From assembly GCA_037379345.1 (NCBI GenBank), contig CM074512.1, positions 25,916,001 through 25,980,000 of the forward strand: DNA of 64,000 nucleotides. Reading direction: 5' to 3'. This document shows, piece by piece, positions 27,301 through 38,299 of the stretch (the stretch's first letter is position 1; each line of letters starts with the position of its first letter). The notes below the pieces were generated by a model. That model was not told the DNA's origin. It made no database searches and worked only from the letters and a program-made list of their open reading frames with translations. The position numbers and the translations under genes are program-made. Source of the DNA: Perna viridis (taxonomy: Eukaryota).

Positions 27301-30300
27301 TCTGATTGAATTTGGTATTTCTATAAGCATAACATAGACTTTGCAATTGGTTCAGATATAGTTTGTTGGCAACTCCTCCCATGCCACCATAATCAATCTA
27401 AATGAAATTTTCAAAAGCTATAATTAGTTATGAATGAGAAGTTTCCTTTAGTCTATGACTTAGTAAATGTAGTACATGTAATGAAATTGAAGAAATTCAA
27501 AATCACAAATCATGGAGATATTAAATCGGTACAAACTGGTAAAATCAAGGATGTATCAGAAATTAAAGTAACCACTATATTCCTGACTTGGTACAGGCAA
27601 TTCGAAGTAAACTTTATTTAAGAAGGGGATAGCTGTTCCCATTTGTTTCTGAGGGAACATTAATCATATCACAAAGACAAATTTGCATTAGTATTCAATT
27701 TCTTATGATTTAAATGCATTTTTGGTTTATATTAAAACTTGGACATTCTAAAAATGTATGTGTACATAGCTGAACAGTGGAATTCGTGAGCTTTGCTCTT
27801 GTAATTGCAGTTTTTGTCCATCCACGGTAAGGTGGAAAGGAACATAGAAAAACTGTTGTCGGTCTGTCACATTTGTGGATGCAACTCCTCAAAAACTGCT
27901 CAATGGATTTCGTTTAAATTTTGCTGGATTGTTAGTCATCATTTGTTGTTAATCCTATAGCACCATCATTTTGATTTGATAAATTTTACAGGAGTAATGG
28001 GACTTCTGCACTTATTTGCTGGAGGTAGGGGACATACTGCTGTATGTGTAACAATCTTGTAGATAGTTATAGCTATAGGTTATAGAGATAAAATTGTCAT
28101 TGATTTTATATTAATTGTAATTGAATGATGTATGTTTTGTAAACAAGCATATGAATAATAATTGCTAATTTTTTTTTATCTTATAGATCACTTATAGACA
28201 GTAAAGTGGTATCTTTTGAGGATATAAGTAAATCTGATGTCATGTCTTCTATGCCAGTCTGGAATACTGTGTCTACCTTCATGGTTAATGGCAAGGAGAG
28301 GGAGATAGACAGACAGACACACATCAAACAGAATGGGCAACAGATTCAATATCTTCTAGATACATGTAACCTACCACTGTAAGTTTAATTTAAATAGCAG
28401 AGGCTGGTTTGTTTTGATGTTAAAATTATATAAAATGAATTGAATTTTTTGCAAATTCTAATTTATGGAACCTGGTTCTTTTTGAATATTTGGCCCCTTG
28501 ACATTGGGCATCTGTCATGACGGGAATCGTATGAACAATCCAACTATGATGTTGCCATGGTTCTCGGAGAACAATGTTAGAAACTTCATAATGTTACTTT
28601 TGACCAATCAGATTTTATTAACAATGTGACACAATCATACAACAACCAATCACAACAGCGATTTTTTGATATCATTTGTTTGTATCAAACTGAGCCATGG
28701 TGTGATATTACAAAATATTTAGTTGCCCAAGAAGTTGATAAAACAACCAATTGAATTTTGACCAAAATGATAAATTAAATGACCAACAGTGAATGTTTTG
28801 ATTTCTTATGAATTTTAATTATTATTGTATGAAATGTTATCACAATCAAGTATTATTTAATTTAAATTTCTGACTTCCTTTTATAGAAATCCTATGGGGA
28901 GAACTGGTATAAGAGGGAAAGGTAGACTAAACAGGTGGGGTCCTAATCATAATGTGATGTTATTGGTGACACGATGTAAAAAGAAGGATGACCAACCCAT
29001 GATGGTTGAGGATAAAAAGGTACTGGAAGTGATTGCTAGACAGAAACCAGGACAGTCTAATTATAAACTACCTAGGGTAAGTTAGTTGGTATTGTATGAA
29101 ATTACCATGTTAAAATATTGCAACCATGACTTTCTTTAGGTATTTGATATTTTATTTTATGGAAGCTTTGTATTGAAACATCCAAATTTGTTACAGTTAA
29201 GATATGAGGAGTTTTAACTGAAATGCTAGTTATTGTTATTTTTACTGTGACATTGATGGCCATCATTATTTTTATCATTAAGGTATTTGTTCATTGAAGG
29301 TGTCAGTTTAAATGACCACAGAGTGAAAAAAAGTTAAATTTTGATAATTCATAAAAAGGTAGATCATTCCTTTAATGAGTTACAGGTAGAAATCATATTA
29401 TTTCTACATTTTACAGGAATTACTGAAAATACTGACCCAAATTCCAATCAGAATATTTTATTGCGAGTTATTCTCCTATGAACCATAAAATTTCACATGA
29501 GTGTGTTTTCCTTGAATTTTTCAGGGAGGAGACTATGGTTACATGACAGTTTATAGTGCTGTATGTCAGAAGTTCCTAACAGTTACTGCTGAAGATAACA
29601 AAACCAAAATTAAACCAGACATGAATGCTGATGATATGATTAAGGTAATTACATAACTTCTGTGGTAACTTGTGGTGGACCACAGTGACTTCATATATCA
29701 TGTATGAGATATGTAGAATATCCATGTTTATGATAAAAAAAACTTAATCACTTGTTAATTTAAGGAATATATTTCATTTCAGTTTTTCAAGAGTTATCTG
29801 TCAGCTCCCTTTGCCTCATCAATGATCTACAGAGGATATTTTGATGATCAATACAACACTGACAATGCATGGAGGGAAGTAGAGGTCTGGAACCTCCACT
29901 TTGATCAGTTGACCGAAACTTTCAAACAGGTATATTTAACTCATATTAAAATAAACTTATTGTCAGTTGGTATTATTTCCTTTGAGTGTAGTGACATTCA
30001 ATAAAGTTTATTACATAGACCTAGGAACCTGAAAAATAATACATGAATTCATACTTGTCATTTGCTCCCATTGACCCCAGATTTAACTCTGAATAACCTT
30101 TTCACATCAGAGAAACAATGTAATTCAACATTTTGACGTCATTAATCTTAAGTTGAAGGAAAATTCAGTATGGAAACAAAAGGAAAATATGTTATTTTCC
30201 TCAATGGCATCCATAAGTGTAAATATATCTATTCATATGTGATATATAATGTAAAATGATATGGTCAATTTCATAAATTTTTAAATGTGGAACTGAATGT

Positions 30301-30906
30301 CAGTCACGACATCATTATCACTGCTTCACTAATACAGTTATATAGTTATACTAATTTACACATATAGCTTCTGTAGTTCGTTACTATTTTTCATACTTAT
30401 TGAATTTTTAATGTAGAAACATCAATTTTATTGATGTGCTGTGTAGCCATTGCCATACACTAATAAATCACTAGATATTTTAGTGTATGACCATGGATAG
30501 GTTAAAAACTTTTAAAATTAAAACATTACATGGCAATACAGGCATTTTTATTATGACACTGGTGAACTCAAGCCTCTGTGAACCACCAGTGATGTTGAAC
30601 TTACACACTGGTGAACTCAAGCCTCTGTGAACCACCAGTGATGTTGAACTTAGTACTACTCTATTAGTACATTAATATGTTTGGCTATAATTCATAAACA
30701 AACAATTAAAAAAAATTATAGCCTTATCCTTAATGAGATAACCATGACGATTTATAACTTCTGTGTTATACTGATTTATTATGTGTATAATTGTATTTTT
30801 ATAGGACTCTAGGCAATGGAAAACAGTTTCCTCCTACAACACTTTCCATGGAAGTCAGGATCTTATTCTAAGACAAGCTGCTAGTCTTCATGATGCTTAT
30901 TATTGA
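223..30906 (+). CDS. ced-11: TRPS/soromelastatin (CED-11-like, TRPM2-like) cation channel with C-terminal NUDT9-homology domain; 5'-partial, 27 exons
   Basis: Exons 223-370,1525-1618,2001-2131,3714-3908,4388-4555,5868-6049,7803-8055,8953-9043,12684-12761,13983-14050,14654-14791,16662-16805,17463-17696,18069-18243,18843-18896,19358-19411,20023-20137,21039-21255,21601-21740,24523-24662,25314-25438,26573-26667,28187-28378,28887-29076,29525-29644,29783-29929,30805-30906 join in one frame (3790 nt) ending TGA 30904-30906. Motifs: LKLTLDWNRHDLA, LVFWAAL, YLWSAPITKFWL, LGPMIISIRRM, YKFQKY..PPPL, NPMGRTGIRGKGRLNRWGPNH, NTDNAW. The TRP-family call is firm; TRPS rather than TRPM rests on recalled CED-11 sequence. 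Confidence 0.9.
447..567. repeat. Direct duplication, 55-bp unit, period 66
   Basis: aatatgaatattactactggaacatattagcagtgatagtgaagtcttggtagat twice. Confidence 0.9.
1525..1618 (+). CDS. TRPS exon (MHR)
   Basis: EEQNFLTVLDIDRDNSGLKNLNKYILLALFE; gtaagt donor. Confidence 0.9.
2001..2131 (+). CDS. TRPS exon (MHR3/4)
   Basis: LQRNLKLTLDWNRHDLAVSRIF matches the TRPM LxLxLxWNR motif. Confidence 0.92.
3255..3631 (+). mobile_element. 3' end of the same Penelope-like family (ORF end KFYGRYHELVDHY plus 3' flank)
   Basis: Shares sequence with 47666-47790 (reverse strand) and with 34441-34727. Confidence 0.8.
3714..3908 (+). CDS. TRPS exon
   Basis: LDLAMIKKDRHKFVELFLD...GYSP; gtgagt donor. Confidence 0.92.
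4388..4555 (+). CDS. TRPS exon
   Basis: ISDYPVGKRF...IAERK; phase 0-0. Confidence 0.85.
4820..5031. mobile_element. Tc1/mariner-type MITE (related copies about 11557-11765, 31658-31919, 32704-32906)
   Basis: TA-CTGTG...CACAG-TA termini with internal inverted ttcgtgg/ccacgaa-type motifs. Confidence 0.6.
5868..6049 (+). CDS. TRPS exon (MHR4)
   Basis: AINILVFWAALNYDTELTKTLWKKTEEPMA. Confidence 0.92.
7803..8055 (+). CDS. TRPS exon (MHR4/pre-S1)
   Basis: EFGELAVKLLDYSY...HFIAHYICQKWLNRRWFG. Confidence 0.93.
8953..9043 (+). CDS. TRPS exon (pre-S1)
   Basis: IYMSLMLIFPMFIWIDYD... Confidence 0.88.
12684..12761 (+). CDS. TRPS exon (pre-S1 loop, symmetric, possible cassette)
   Basis: cag/ DPHNHAEDNAVTNEEHRSLINYYNHR /gtagct; 78 nt, phase 1-1. 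Confidence 0.6.
13983..14050 (+). CDS. TRPS exon
   Basis: DLEEQKTDSYPSKYTPVFVDDW; supplies the phase 1 to 0 change needed for frame. Confidence 0.8.
14654..14791 (+). CDS. TRPS exon (start of S1)
   Basis: QFYYLWSAPITKFWLNQ. Confidence 0.93.
16069..16200. repeat. Imperfect foldback inverted repeat
   Basis: gggttagtcatgcc / ggcatgactaaccc arms. Confidence 0.75.
16662..16805 (+). CDS. TRPS exon (S1-S2)
   Basis: IFYIVFLILFSLATLWPYCGSLKLDMAVFGWTLMIWTELVR. Confidence 0.93.
17168..17293. repeat. Tandem repeat, 42-43 bp x3
   Basis: catgattatggtaaggtgagcgactcaggggtctaatgaat. Confidence 0.9.
17463..17696 (+). CDS. TRPS exon (S3-S4, S4-S5 linker); GC donor
   Basis: ...YFYYRVLVVFLPISSILGPMIISIRRM /gcaagt. 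Confidence 0.9.
18069..18243 (+). CDS. TRPS exon (S5, pore helix, filter)
   Basis: IKHDFLTWFRMFIIIMVSGAIAIQAVLYP...FAMFLTKIDDLE. Confidence 0.93.
18843..18896 (+). CDS. TRPS pore-turret micro-exon A
   Basis: ccag/ GAECSSMYNNVTVIDRCY /gtgagt; 54 nt. Confidence 0.82.
19358..19411 (+). CDS. TRPS pore-turret micro-exon B
   Basis: ttgcag/ ERREPLKSLFRRTNESIF /gtaagt; 54 nt. Confidence 0.7.
20023..20137 (+). CDS. TRPS exon (S6)
   Basis: KCPYSSLGGYFVVIQYLLIVKLILVTLLFALFS. Confidence 0.93.
21039..21255 (+). CDS. TRPS exon (TRP helix)
   Basis: ANVEEESEAIYKFQKYSLIVDFEEKLIMPPPLNII. Confidence 0.93.
21601..21740 (+). CDS. TRPS exon (rib helix region)
   Basis: DGARKVSIMMMQYSEDYSYWGNF...EKEKDRAKIESE. 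Confidence 0.88.
22300..22570 (-). mobile_element. Penelope-like 3' fragment
   Basis: Reverse complement of about 3330-3600 (ccagggacaaagaccagacatggaaaac...tttctagaaaca). Confidence 0.8.
23480..23950 (+). repeat. Decayed interspersed element with internal tandem subunits (Helitron/HINE-like); related arrays at about 7150-7700, 20640-20800, 25950-26480, 50850-51050
   Basis: Recurrent ggcatcatatatagatgtgcatgaagg...gtgcaactcctc motif. Confidence 0.55.
24523..24662 (+). CDS. TRPS exon (coiled coil)
   Basis: LDSLIAQF...QISSLETNVANCQIALEELKHMIEKI, heptad pattern. Confidence 0.88.
25314..25438 (+). CDS. TRPS exon (start of NUDT9-H)
   Basis: HILSRRSPYPETVVARFSVFDKYVPWE. Confidence 0.92.
26573..26667 (+). 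CDS. TRPS exon (NUDT9-H)
   Basis: TPYSTYDPVIYT...PFVDPD. Confidence 0.9.
28187..28378 (+). CDS. TRPS exon (NUDT9-H)
   Basis: PVWN...IDRQT...YLLDTCNLPL. Confidence 0.9.
28887..29076 (+). CDS. TRPS exon (NUDT9-H core)
   Basis: NPMGRTGIRGKGRLNRWGPNHNVMLLVTR...YKLPR. Confidence 0.95.
29525..29644 (+). CDS. TRPS exon (degenerate Nudix-box region)
   Basis: GGDYGYMTVYSAVCQKFLTVTAEDNK; phase 0-0. Confidence 0.85.
29783..29929 (+). CDS. TRPS exon (NUDT9-H)
   Basis: IYRGYFDDQYNTDNAWREVEVWNLH. Confidence 0.94.
30556..30651. repeat. Tandem duplication, period 49, each unit with an 8-bp stem
   Basis: cactggtg...caccagtg. Confidence 0.9.
30805..30906 (+). CDS. TRPS terminal coding exon
   Basis: DSRQWKTVSSYNTFHGSQDLILRQAASLHDAYY*, resembles the NUDT9 C-terminus. 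Confidence 0.9.
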   Translation, partial: DSRQWKTVSSYNTFHGSQDLILRQAASLHDAYY

Positions 30907-30933
30907 ATCATGAGACTTTGCTTTCTACCTCTA

Positions 30934-30939
30934 AATAAA
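30934..30939 (+). terminator. Candidate proximal polyadenylation signal AATAAA
   Basis: Hexamer about 28 nt after the stop codon; other AATAAA sites occur further downstream (about 33 kb), so usage is unknown. Confidence 0.3.
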
Positions 30940-31259
30940 CTGCTAGTCTTTGCTAGTTTGCCACCAGTTTTATTGAAACTTTTGATTTAATATATGTATT
31001 ATGCCATGTTAAGGAAGTATGCCTTCAGTGATTTGTAGCATTTGTTTGTTTATTTTTCTCATATTTCTTATCATGTACATGTATGGTAGTTCTTAAAATA
31101 GCAAAGAAGTAGAATCCGTTCATATAACATGGTATTGGTGTAATATTGAAACTCATTTATTTACAATGAGGTAATATGGTCTGGGCAAGATATTAAAACA
31201 GTTAAATGTTTATTACAAATATCAAATTTAGTTTGGGCATAGTATGGAATTGGGATATT

Positions 31260-31512
31260 GTATTTACATGTGTGTAGTATGTTTTTTGTAGTATAGAAAC
31301 AGATCGATGTATTTACATATATATGGTATGGTTTTTTGTGTAGTACAGAAACAGGTTTGTGTATTTACATATATATAGTATGTTTTTTTGTGTAGTACAG
31401 AAACAGGTTTGTTTATTTTTGTGTAGTACAGAAACAGGTTTGTTTATTTTTGTGTAGTACAGAAACAGGTTTGTGTATTTTTGTGTAGTACAGAAACAGG
31501 TTTGTGTATTTT
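31260..31512. repeat. Minisatellite downstream of the TRPS stop (31-bp core)
   Basis: tttttgtgtagtacagaaacaggtttgt repeats. Confidence 0.9.
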
Positions 31513-33373
31513 TAAAATATATATTTCTGTTTATTATTTGATTATGAAGGTTGAGGTTAAAATGTCAATAAATCCAACCCTGTTATGGGCGATTATTGTG
31601 GTCAGTTTGAACAGGACCAATATGAATAGAAAATGAAATTCCACTAAATTACAGCCATACTATGGTTTCATTTAATTTTGCTGGATATTTGAATTCACTA
31701 ATAAGTGACAACTAACAATTGATTTGTTGTTTAATTAAACAATTAAGGGATGTGGCTTCTTCCCCAAGACCTGTGTATGATGCTGCGATTTAGAGTCTAT
31801 CATTTGAGTTGACTTCCATTTCAGAGATAATTGTCCATTGAATTTTTGATTAGTGGTTCCATATCTCCCAGAAAAACCACAAAAATGAATACCCCACGAA
31901 TGATTATGAAATCACAGTACTTCAATTTGAAAATTAAAAAAATTGTCTGACACTTAATTTTCACTTACATATACTTAGATGGGAATAAGAAAACATTAAC
32001 TACATTGTAGTAAGACAAAAAAGAAACCATAGCTATTTATTAGAATAGTCAGAGAATTTGGAGATGAATAGAAGATATATTTGGATATACCAAACTATGT
32101 TAGCATATTCTAAGTTTCAGTGGGTCAATTTTCATGCAAACAAATATTATGCTTATGTCATGTTAACAGCGAACAAAGAACAAATGACTATAGATACATG
32201 AAGAACATGTCTGAAAGATGTACAGCCATTAACAAACTAATTGTTTTCTGTAATTCTGTTTGAAATTAGTTTATAAGCTTCAGTAGGTTTCAGGCATCGA
32301 TTTCACAAAAAAGTCGTAAATGTTTAGGTTGTGACATCATTACTTGTGATCAACTTTACACTTTTTGTGAAATCGACGCTGGGCACTTGAATGTACATTT
32401 ACATCAATGTAAAGATTGCTTACAACAAATCTTTCATTGAAATTTTGAAGAAGAAATGGTAATGTTTTAGTGTGAAACCTGTCAAAATCATACCCCTTTT
32501 GGACAATAGAAGTTGTTAAATTTAGACAAGAATTTAATATATTCAAGTTCAAAATACATTTTAACAGACACATTGGAATTAAAAAAGTGTCTGGTTTTGA
32601 TTTCAGACAGGTTTTACTGTTAGATGAAATATTATTTCCCTTGTCATGATATTTATGTCTCTAGGTCTGTCCAAAAGGAAAGTCTTGTATTGAACAACAA
32701 GTTTACTGTGAAAGTACTGTTTTTTGGGATATCTGTTTTGTGGATTGCAGAACAGTCGTTTGATTGTGGATTCATAAATTCCTGTTATGATATTTCTCAC
32801 AGTACAAATAAACAGAAAATATGTATTTTGTCTGGAATTCAATTTCATGGTATGAGTCAACCACAAGATCCATGAAATAAGTACCCCACAAATATAAGTA
32901 CTTTCAAGTTATTAGATGAACAGTAGAAACTGTTTTGGCTGCAATGATTGTGTTGATGCAATAAATTATATCAGTGTACAAATGGTTTTGTTTATGTGTT
33001 TTTTTCTGTTCTGCTTGTTTGTTACTTTTTTTTTTTTTTAATTCTTTACCTAAATAAATGTTGCATACTTTTTACATTTGGTGCTTTTATGATTATTACC
33101 AATTTCCCATAGGGATATTACATCATTGATATAATTGTTAATGCTAAAAGCAAGATTTTTTTCCTTGTTTTAGCTTCAGTGAAACTGAAGGAATATATAT
33201 ATGAATAAAATAATGTGCAATAAAATTTTACAGTCTGTATATATTTTGACATGGTCATTTTTACAGAAGATTATGAGATTGTTGTAAGCACTATATGTAT
33301 TACAAAAAAAAATATTTTTAATAATGTTGTAATGTTGTTATTGGTTTTTATCTTCATGTATCAGTTGAGATAA

Positions 33374-33572
33374 GGCCAAAATAAAAAATATCCTAGATTC
33401 TCATCTTCTCCTGACCTGATGTTTTCACTCCCAAATCATTTTGAGTTTTTTGGCCTATTTCTTTCAAAATGACAATCTTTTTCACTAAAACTGATCAAAA
33501 AATAAAAAATAAGATTTGTCAGCCCACCTCAAAATTTGAACAAACCTGAATGAGAATCTAGGAGTTTTTCTT
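33374..33572. mobile_element. Harbinger-like MITE (family also at 57792 and 59550)
   Basis: Inverted cctagattctcat/atgagaatctagg after taa-ggcc. Confidence 0.55.
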
Positions 33573-34440
33573 AAGCAAATTGTTCATTAATATTACTTCA
33601 GTCTAAATTACATACTAGATTGGGCATCAATAGTCAGTATAACATCATACAAAAACTTATCTGTTTAGTACATATGAATTAGTGGTATGTGCTTGCCCTA
33701 TCAATTCAGATTCCCAAGTTCATTACTGACAGTTTACCCACATTAATTATTGATATGACAGCTGTTGTGTTTTATAGTTGCAAGTCCCCTACTTGTAATG
33801 CCAAAGGGAGCTTTAGATTTTGGCTCTTGTCTATATTTTACTCTCAAAACAATATTCCTGTCTTTCTTTGTACAATGCATTAACCAAATAAATTTAGTTT
33901 TTGGTTTGTGAAGTAGAAGTTACAAATTGTGCTAGATTATAGGACTGGTCACATTATTTTTGCTTTGAGTTGTTACCCTTAGAAAAAAAAAAAATTTCCT
34001 GATATTTTTTACAAGAATGATTTTCCAATAAAATTATTTTAATTTTAGTTATTGTGTAAAAATTGATGAGATATTAGAAGAATTTCCTTTGATAATAAAT
34101 AAATTAAAATTTTAAATTAAATGTATTTCTCATAGCTCTGGCAGCAAGTAGAGGGAATTGTATTGCCTAGTCACAAGTCTTTTTATAACCGGGTATTAAG
34201 CATTTATATGTTAGTGTACTTAGATGGCCATTAATTTTTACCTTACCACTCTTTGATTATTTTATACATTTATAATGCTTTGTGTTTTCTCTCAGTAAAT
34301 GTCTTGTTTGAAGTCTGTATTCAGTTTTTGATTTATGCCTGGGTAAAAAAAGGATGTGATGTATGATTGTATCAGACAACCAGCTTTAGAGAGTTTATCA
34401 TTTATCAAAATGCTAATGTGTTTATGCATTATAGTCATAT

Positions 34441-34727
34441 ATGGGTCATAGTTTTCCTTTCCTCGTTTGTCTACCCCGGACTTTTTATGAGCAACTCGGC
34501 AGGTGTTTCTAGAAAAGCAGAGGATGCTTACCCTACCGATGCACCTGGTCCATGCTCCCAGTTTTTAGTGGAGTCCGAGTTGCTCATTTGCTTTTGTTAC
34601 TTTGTATGTATGATTTTAGTTACTGTATGTTCTTTGTTGTGTATGTCTGTTTTCCATGTCGGGTCTTTGTCCCTGGATTACATTCTTTTGATTACCGCTA
34701 TAACCTTGGTTCCCTTGATTACTCTTT
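34441..34727 (+). mobile_element. Penelope-like 3' fragment
   Basis: Near-identical to 3344-3631. Confidence 0.82.
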
Positions 34728-35604
34728 CAAACAATTAAAAATAATCGTGTATGATGAATAACAGGCTCTCCAGAAAGTTCCAGTTTCACACCTACCCAGA
34801 TCCCAAATATCAAATGATCTGTGCCTAACAAATCATATTAGGAGTATCAAAACTATTTACTTTTGTAGTGAAAATTTGCAGATCAAAAATAACATTAACT
34901 ATTGCACAATTGCATGTAAAAATTTAAAAAAAATTTGTGAGCGGAATAAAAGACTCCCAATGAAAATGAAAACCCCAGAATAAGTCTAAAGAGAGAGCAG
35001 GAGGCGATATCCAGCTTTTTCTTATAACACAAATACGATGATAAAGCTAGATGCTAATAATATAAAGCTGATAATTTTCATCTATTTATATCACAAATGG
35101 ATCATTTCTAGAAGTTGAATGTTGATTTCTGATTAACTGCAACAGTGAAAGAGAAATACATTACATAGAAAGCATTGAAAGTGGGTGATAACTCTTTCGT
35201 TTTGTATTTGAGAATGAGTTCGTTGTTTCAGTTGAAAATTTTTTATGAATCTTTTTACGAGCTTGTGATTTTAAAAACTTTGATGTAGTAATTTCTTGGT
35301 TATATAAAGATTTCTTTGTTAAATTCCCAAGCATTGTTACAAATATGAGAAAATTGATGAAATTGTACTAAGTAAACACCATATGATGGCAACAAGAGGA
35401 TGTCAAGAGTATTTTATAGTATAGTATAGTATAAGATTTTCATGTTTAGTTTTCAGGTGTTTTTTTAACAGTTACACATCATTTTGAATATGTATAGTTC
35501 TAATATTTTTTTTATGAAACCAAACCCTGCCAAGATTTTTTTACACAATTATATCAAAACAAAGATTCAAATATATGCCAACATGATTGAATATAGATTT
35601 AGGA

Positions 35605-35770
35605 AAGAGTAATCAATGGAACCAAGGCCACAGTGGTAATCAAAAGAATGTAATCCAGGGACAAAGACCAGACATGGAAAACACATACACAACAAAGAAC
35701 GTAAAGTAACTAAAATCATACATACAAAGCAACAAAAGCAAATGAGCAACTCAGACCACTAAAAACTGGG
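35605..35770 (-). mobile_element. Penelope-like 3' fragment
   Basis: Reverse complement of about 34557-34727. Confidence 0.8.
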
Positions 35771-36629
35771 AAAAAATGTGTTTATATATATATTTTAGAT
35801 ACATGTAGATATAATGGGAAAGAAGTAAAACCAATGTACTGATTCAATTCATGCTGTCCCTAGAATGTGAATTACTCGGGGAGTGTATAAAGCTCCCTAA
35901 ATTACTGTAAAAAAAGATAAACATCATTGAGATGAACTTCTTGAGTTACATAAAAATATAGTTTCACTCAATGATGCTTTCCCTATTTGATCTCTGCACA
36001 ACTGAACTTGCTCAGTATTTTTTCAATAGAATGATAGAAAAATGAAGTTTTTGACAGTTATCAGCCCCTAAAATATTTCATTTTCGGTGCATTTCAATGA
36101 AATCAAAAGTCGGTTTTCCAAAATGATATGGAAAGTATTGTCATTTTTCCTTGATTGCAAAGAGTCAAATTACATATTCAAATAGTGGGTTTTTTATACC
36201 ATGTTTCACCCAGTGCCTGATGCCATGGACTTTATAATATTATTAAAATTTATCGGCTTGGGTCGAGGCAATTTATAAATCTCTTTCATCTCAAATATAT
36301 CGGTACTTTAACTCCAGAAAGTGCTTTCTTGTCAATTTATCGGCATTTCAAAGCCAATAAACGTGAAATTAGCAATTTGAAATTTGTGTCATGTCTCCTT
36401 TAATATACACCCCCTGTGTTGATTCTTACAGAGACATGAGAGATTTGTGGGCTGGCGTATTTAAGTACGACCCAACGAGAATATAGGTATGGTGTATATG
36501 TCAAGGAGACAACAACCCCACCGGGATGGAAGTGTCAGCCCAAGGCCATGAGTTTACTATAAAAATAATATATATATTCTTTTTAATTTCACGTTTTTTT
36601 CTTTAAGATTACAAAAAAAAAAAAAAGAA

Positions 36630-36880
36630 AAGCCGATTAAACCGGAATCCATACAGCGTTGTACCGACAAAGTAAATGATAATAGAATAGTGATTTCCGG
36701 TCTCTATGTTTTGGCAGAATTTTCGATTTGTCTCTTTTTACCATGCCGGACTTCCATGATATATAAAAGTATTTGACCAGAAAACAACCACAGGTCATCG
36801 ACTTAACCAGGGAGCGGTGTTTTGGAAAGTCTTGTAACGGAAGAGCTATAAAGGCTTATGTTCTTCGATTTAGAGGCAAG
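36630..36880 (+). promoter_or_regulatory. Probable ANAPC1 promoter / non-coding first exon
   Basis: Local CpG enrichment against CpG-poor gene bodies; ETS-like motifs ccggaa, ttccgg, cggaag; lies upstream of the acceptor (39635) of the ATG exon. Confidence 0.5.
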
Positions 36881-37545
36881 TAACCATGAATGATCAAGTT
36901 CATTTTTGATACTATAAATCCTAGATAAATCCACATAATCATGATATTTACTGAGGCCTTAAGCATTTTTTTAATATGATGTTTGTGTCTTATTAAATTA
37001 TTGTATAGAGGCAACCAAGCGAAATGAAAGCCTACCAAGACAACATAATTATTTTGCCTATACTACACACCTTTTTTGTAAGTTGATCAGAGCAAAGGCA
37101 TATAATACAGCGATAACTACTTCCTCAATTAGCCAGTTTATTGATAAAATTATCACTGGGTGGAGAACAAGATTTCCTGATTACTCAACTTATTTATTAA
37201 ACTTCATTTTCTCCTTTTTGATGAAATGATTATGTGTTTTGTTTTTGAATTAATTTGATTTTTTAAAAAAATATGTTGCAGTTTACTTGTTTTCAATGCA
37301 AAGTGTACTTCTTTTTTGTTTGTTTTGGTAGAGAGATAAATACGATATGAATATAAAAAAGCTAAGACATTGTAGAATAGGAAACTAAAGATTTTGTTTC
37401 AATATTCACATTACTGCTTTAGTAATAATCATTTAAATTTACATTGTAGGTTGTTGGTTAAGTACGAAATCTTGTTTTCCCCTGCAAGATTGTCACAATT
37501 TTGGTTAGTTTACTAATCTCCTTGTATTATATGTCTCTGATCTTA

Positions 37546-37985
37546 GGCAAAAGAAAAAAATTGTAGTCTTGTTTCCTGCTTCCAGCCTAAAGAAAGAATA
37601 GGATTGGTAATTTCGTTTTTAAATAACTTGACATTTTTACATGTATATATGTGCTCTACCAAGGTGAAATTGTTTTAACACAATTTCTTTTATCTTTTGT
37701 AACACAGTCCTTAAGTTACTTCTCTTTCAATTCATAGAGGGCTTGTTTCAGTTTCATAAAAACACAATGGAAAGTACATGAGTGGCCTACATGGCTGCCA
37801 CAATGTTATCATACTACATGTATATTAATATATGCAGAAACCGGAAGACTGTAAACACCAGAAATTCGGAAAAATAAAATTAGGAAAATTTGAATTCTTA
37901 ACAATTTGAAAAAAAAACTTAAGAGTGGGTGTTAATAGAAGTGATTGTTCAGGTAGGAGGAAGCAATACTTATTTTTTTTTTGCC
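37546..37985. mobile_element. PIF/Harbinger-type MITE
   Basis: TTA TSD on both sides, GGCAAAA...TTTTGCC termini. Confidence 0.6.
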
Positions 37986-38299
37986 TTAGAAAGAAGGATG
38001 CCAGCTTTTTCTGTATTGTTACTATCTTAACCTTTGTGTAAACACCACAAGGAGTCTGGTCTCTGTGCACTAAGACCACAAAAGTAGCACTATGCCCTAT
38101 AAGGTGACAGTTTTCTTAAGTAAAAACACCTTCATTGGTAAGGGAAGATAAAAATGCGTACACTCCAGTAAAGTAATTATCAAAATAGTCATTGTTAATT
38201 TTTTTGTTTTTTGTGCTAAATTTTTCTGAACCATTTCTGCTGGGTTAATCATATTTAGCATCACTACATTACAATTCTGTATCCATTTCATGCCTATGC

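Noticed and set aside
30904-30990. Stop-codon readthrough or selenocysteine at the TRPS TGA
   Set aside because: The protein ends where NUDT9-like domains end; the TGA-A context is not readthrough-prone and no SECIS is evident
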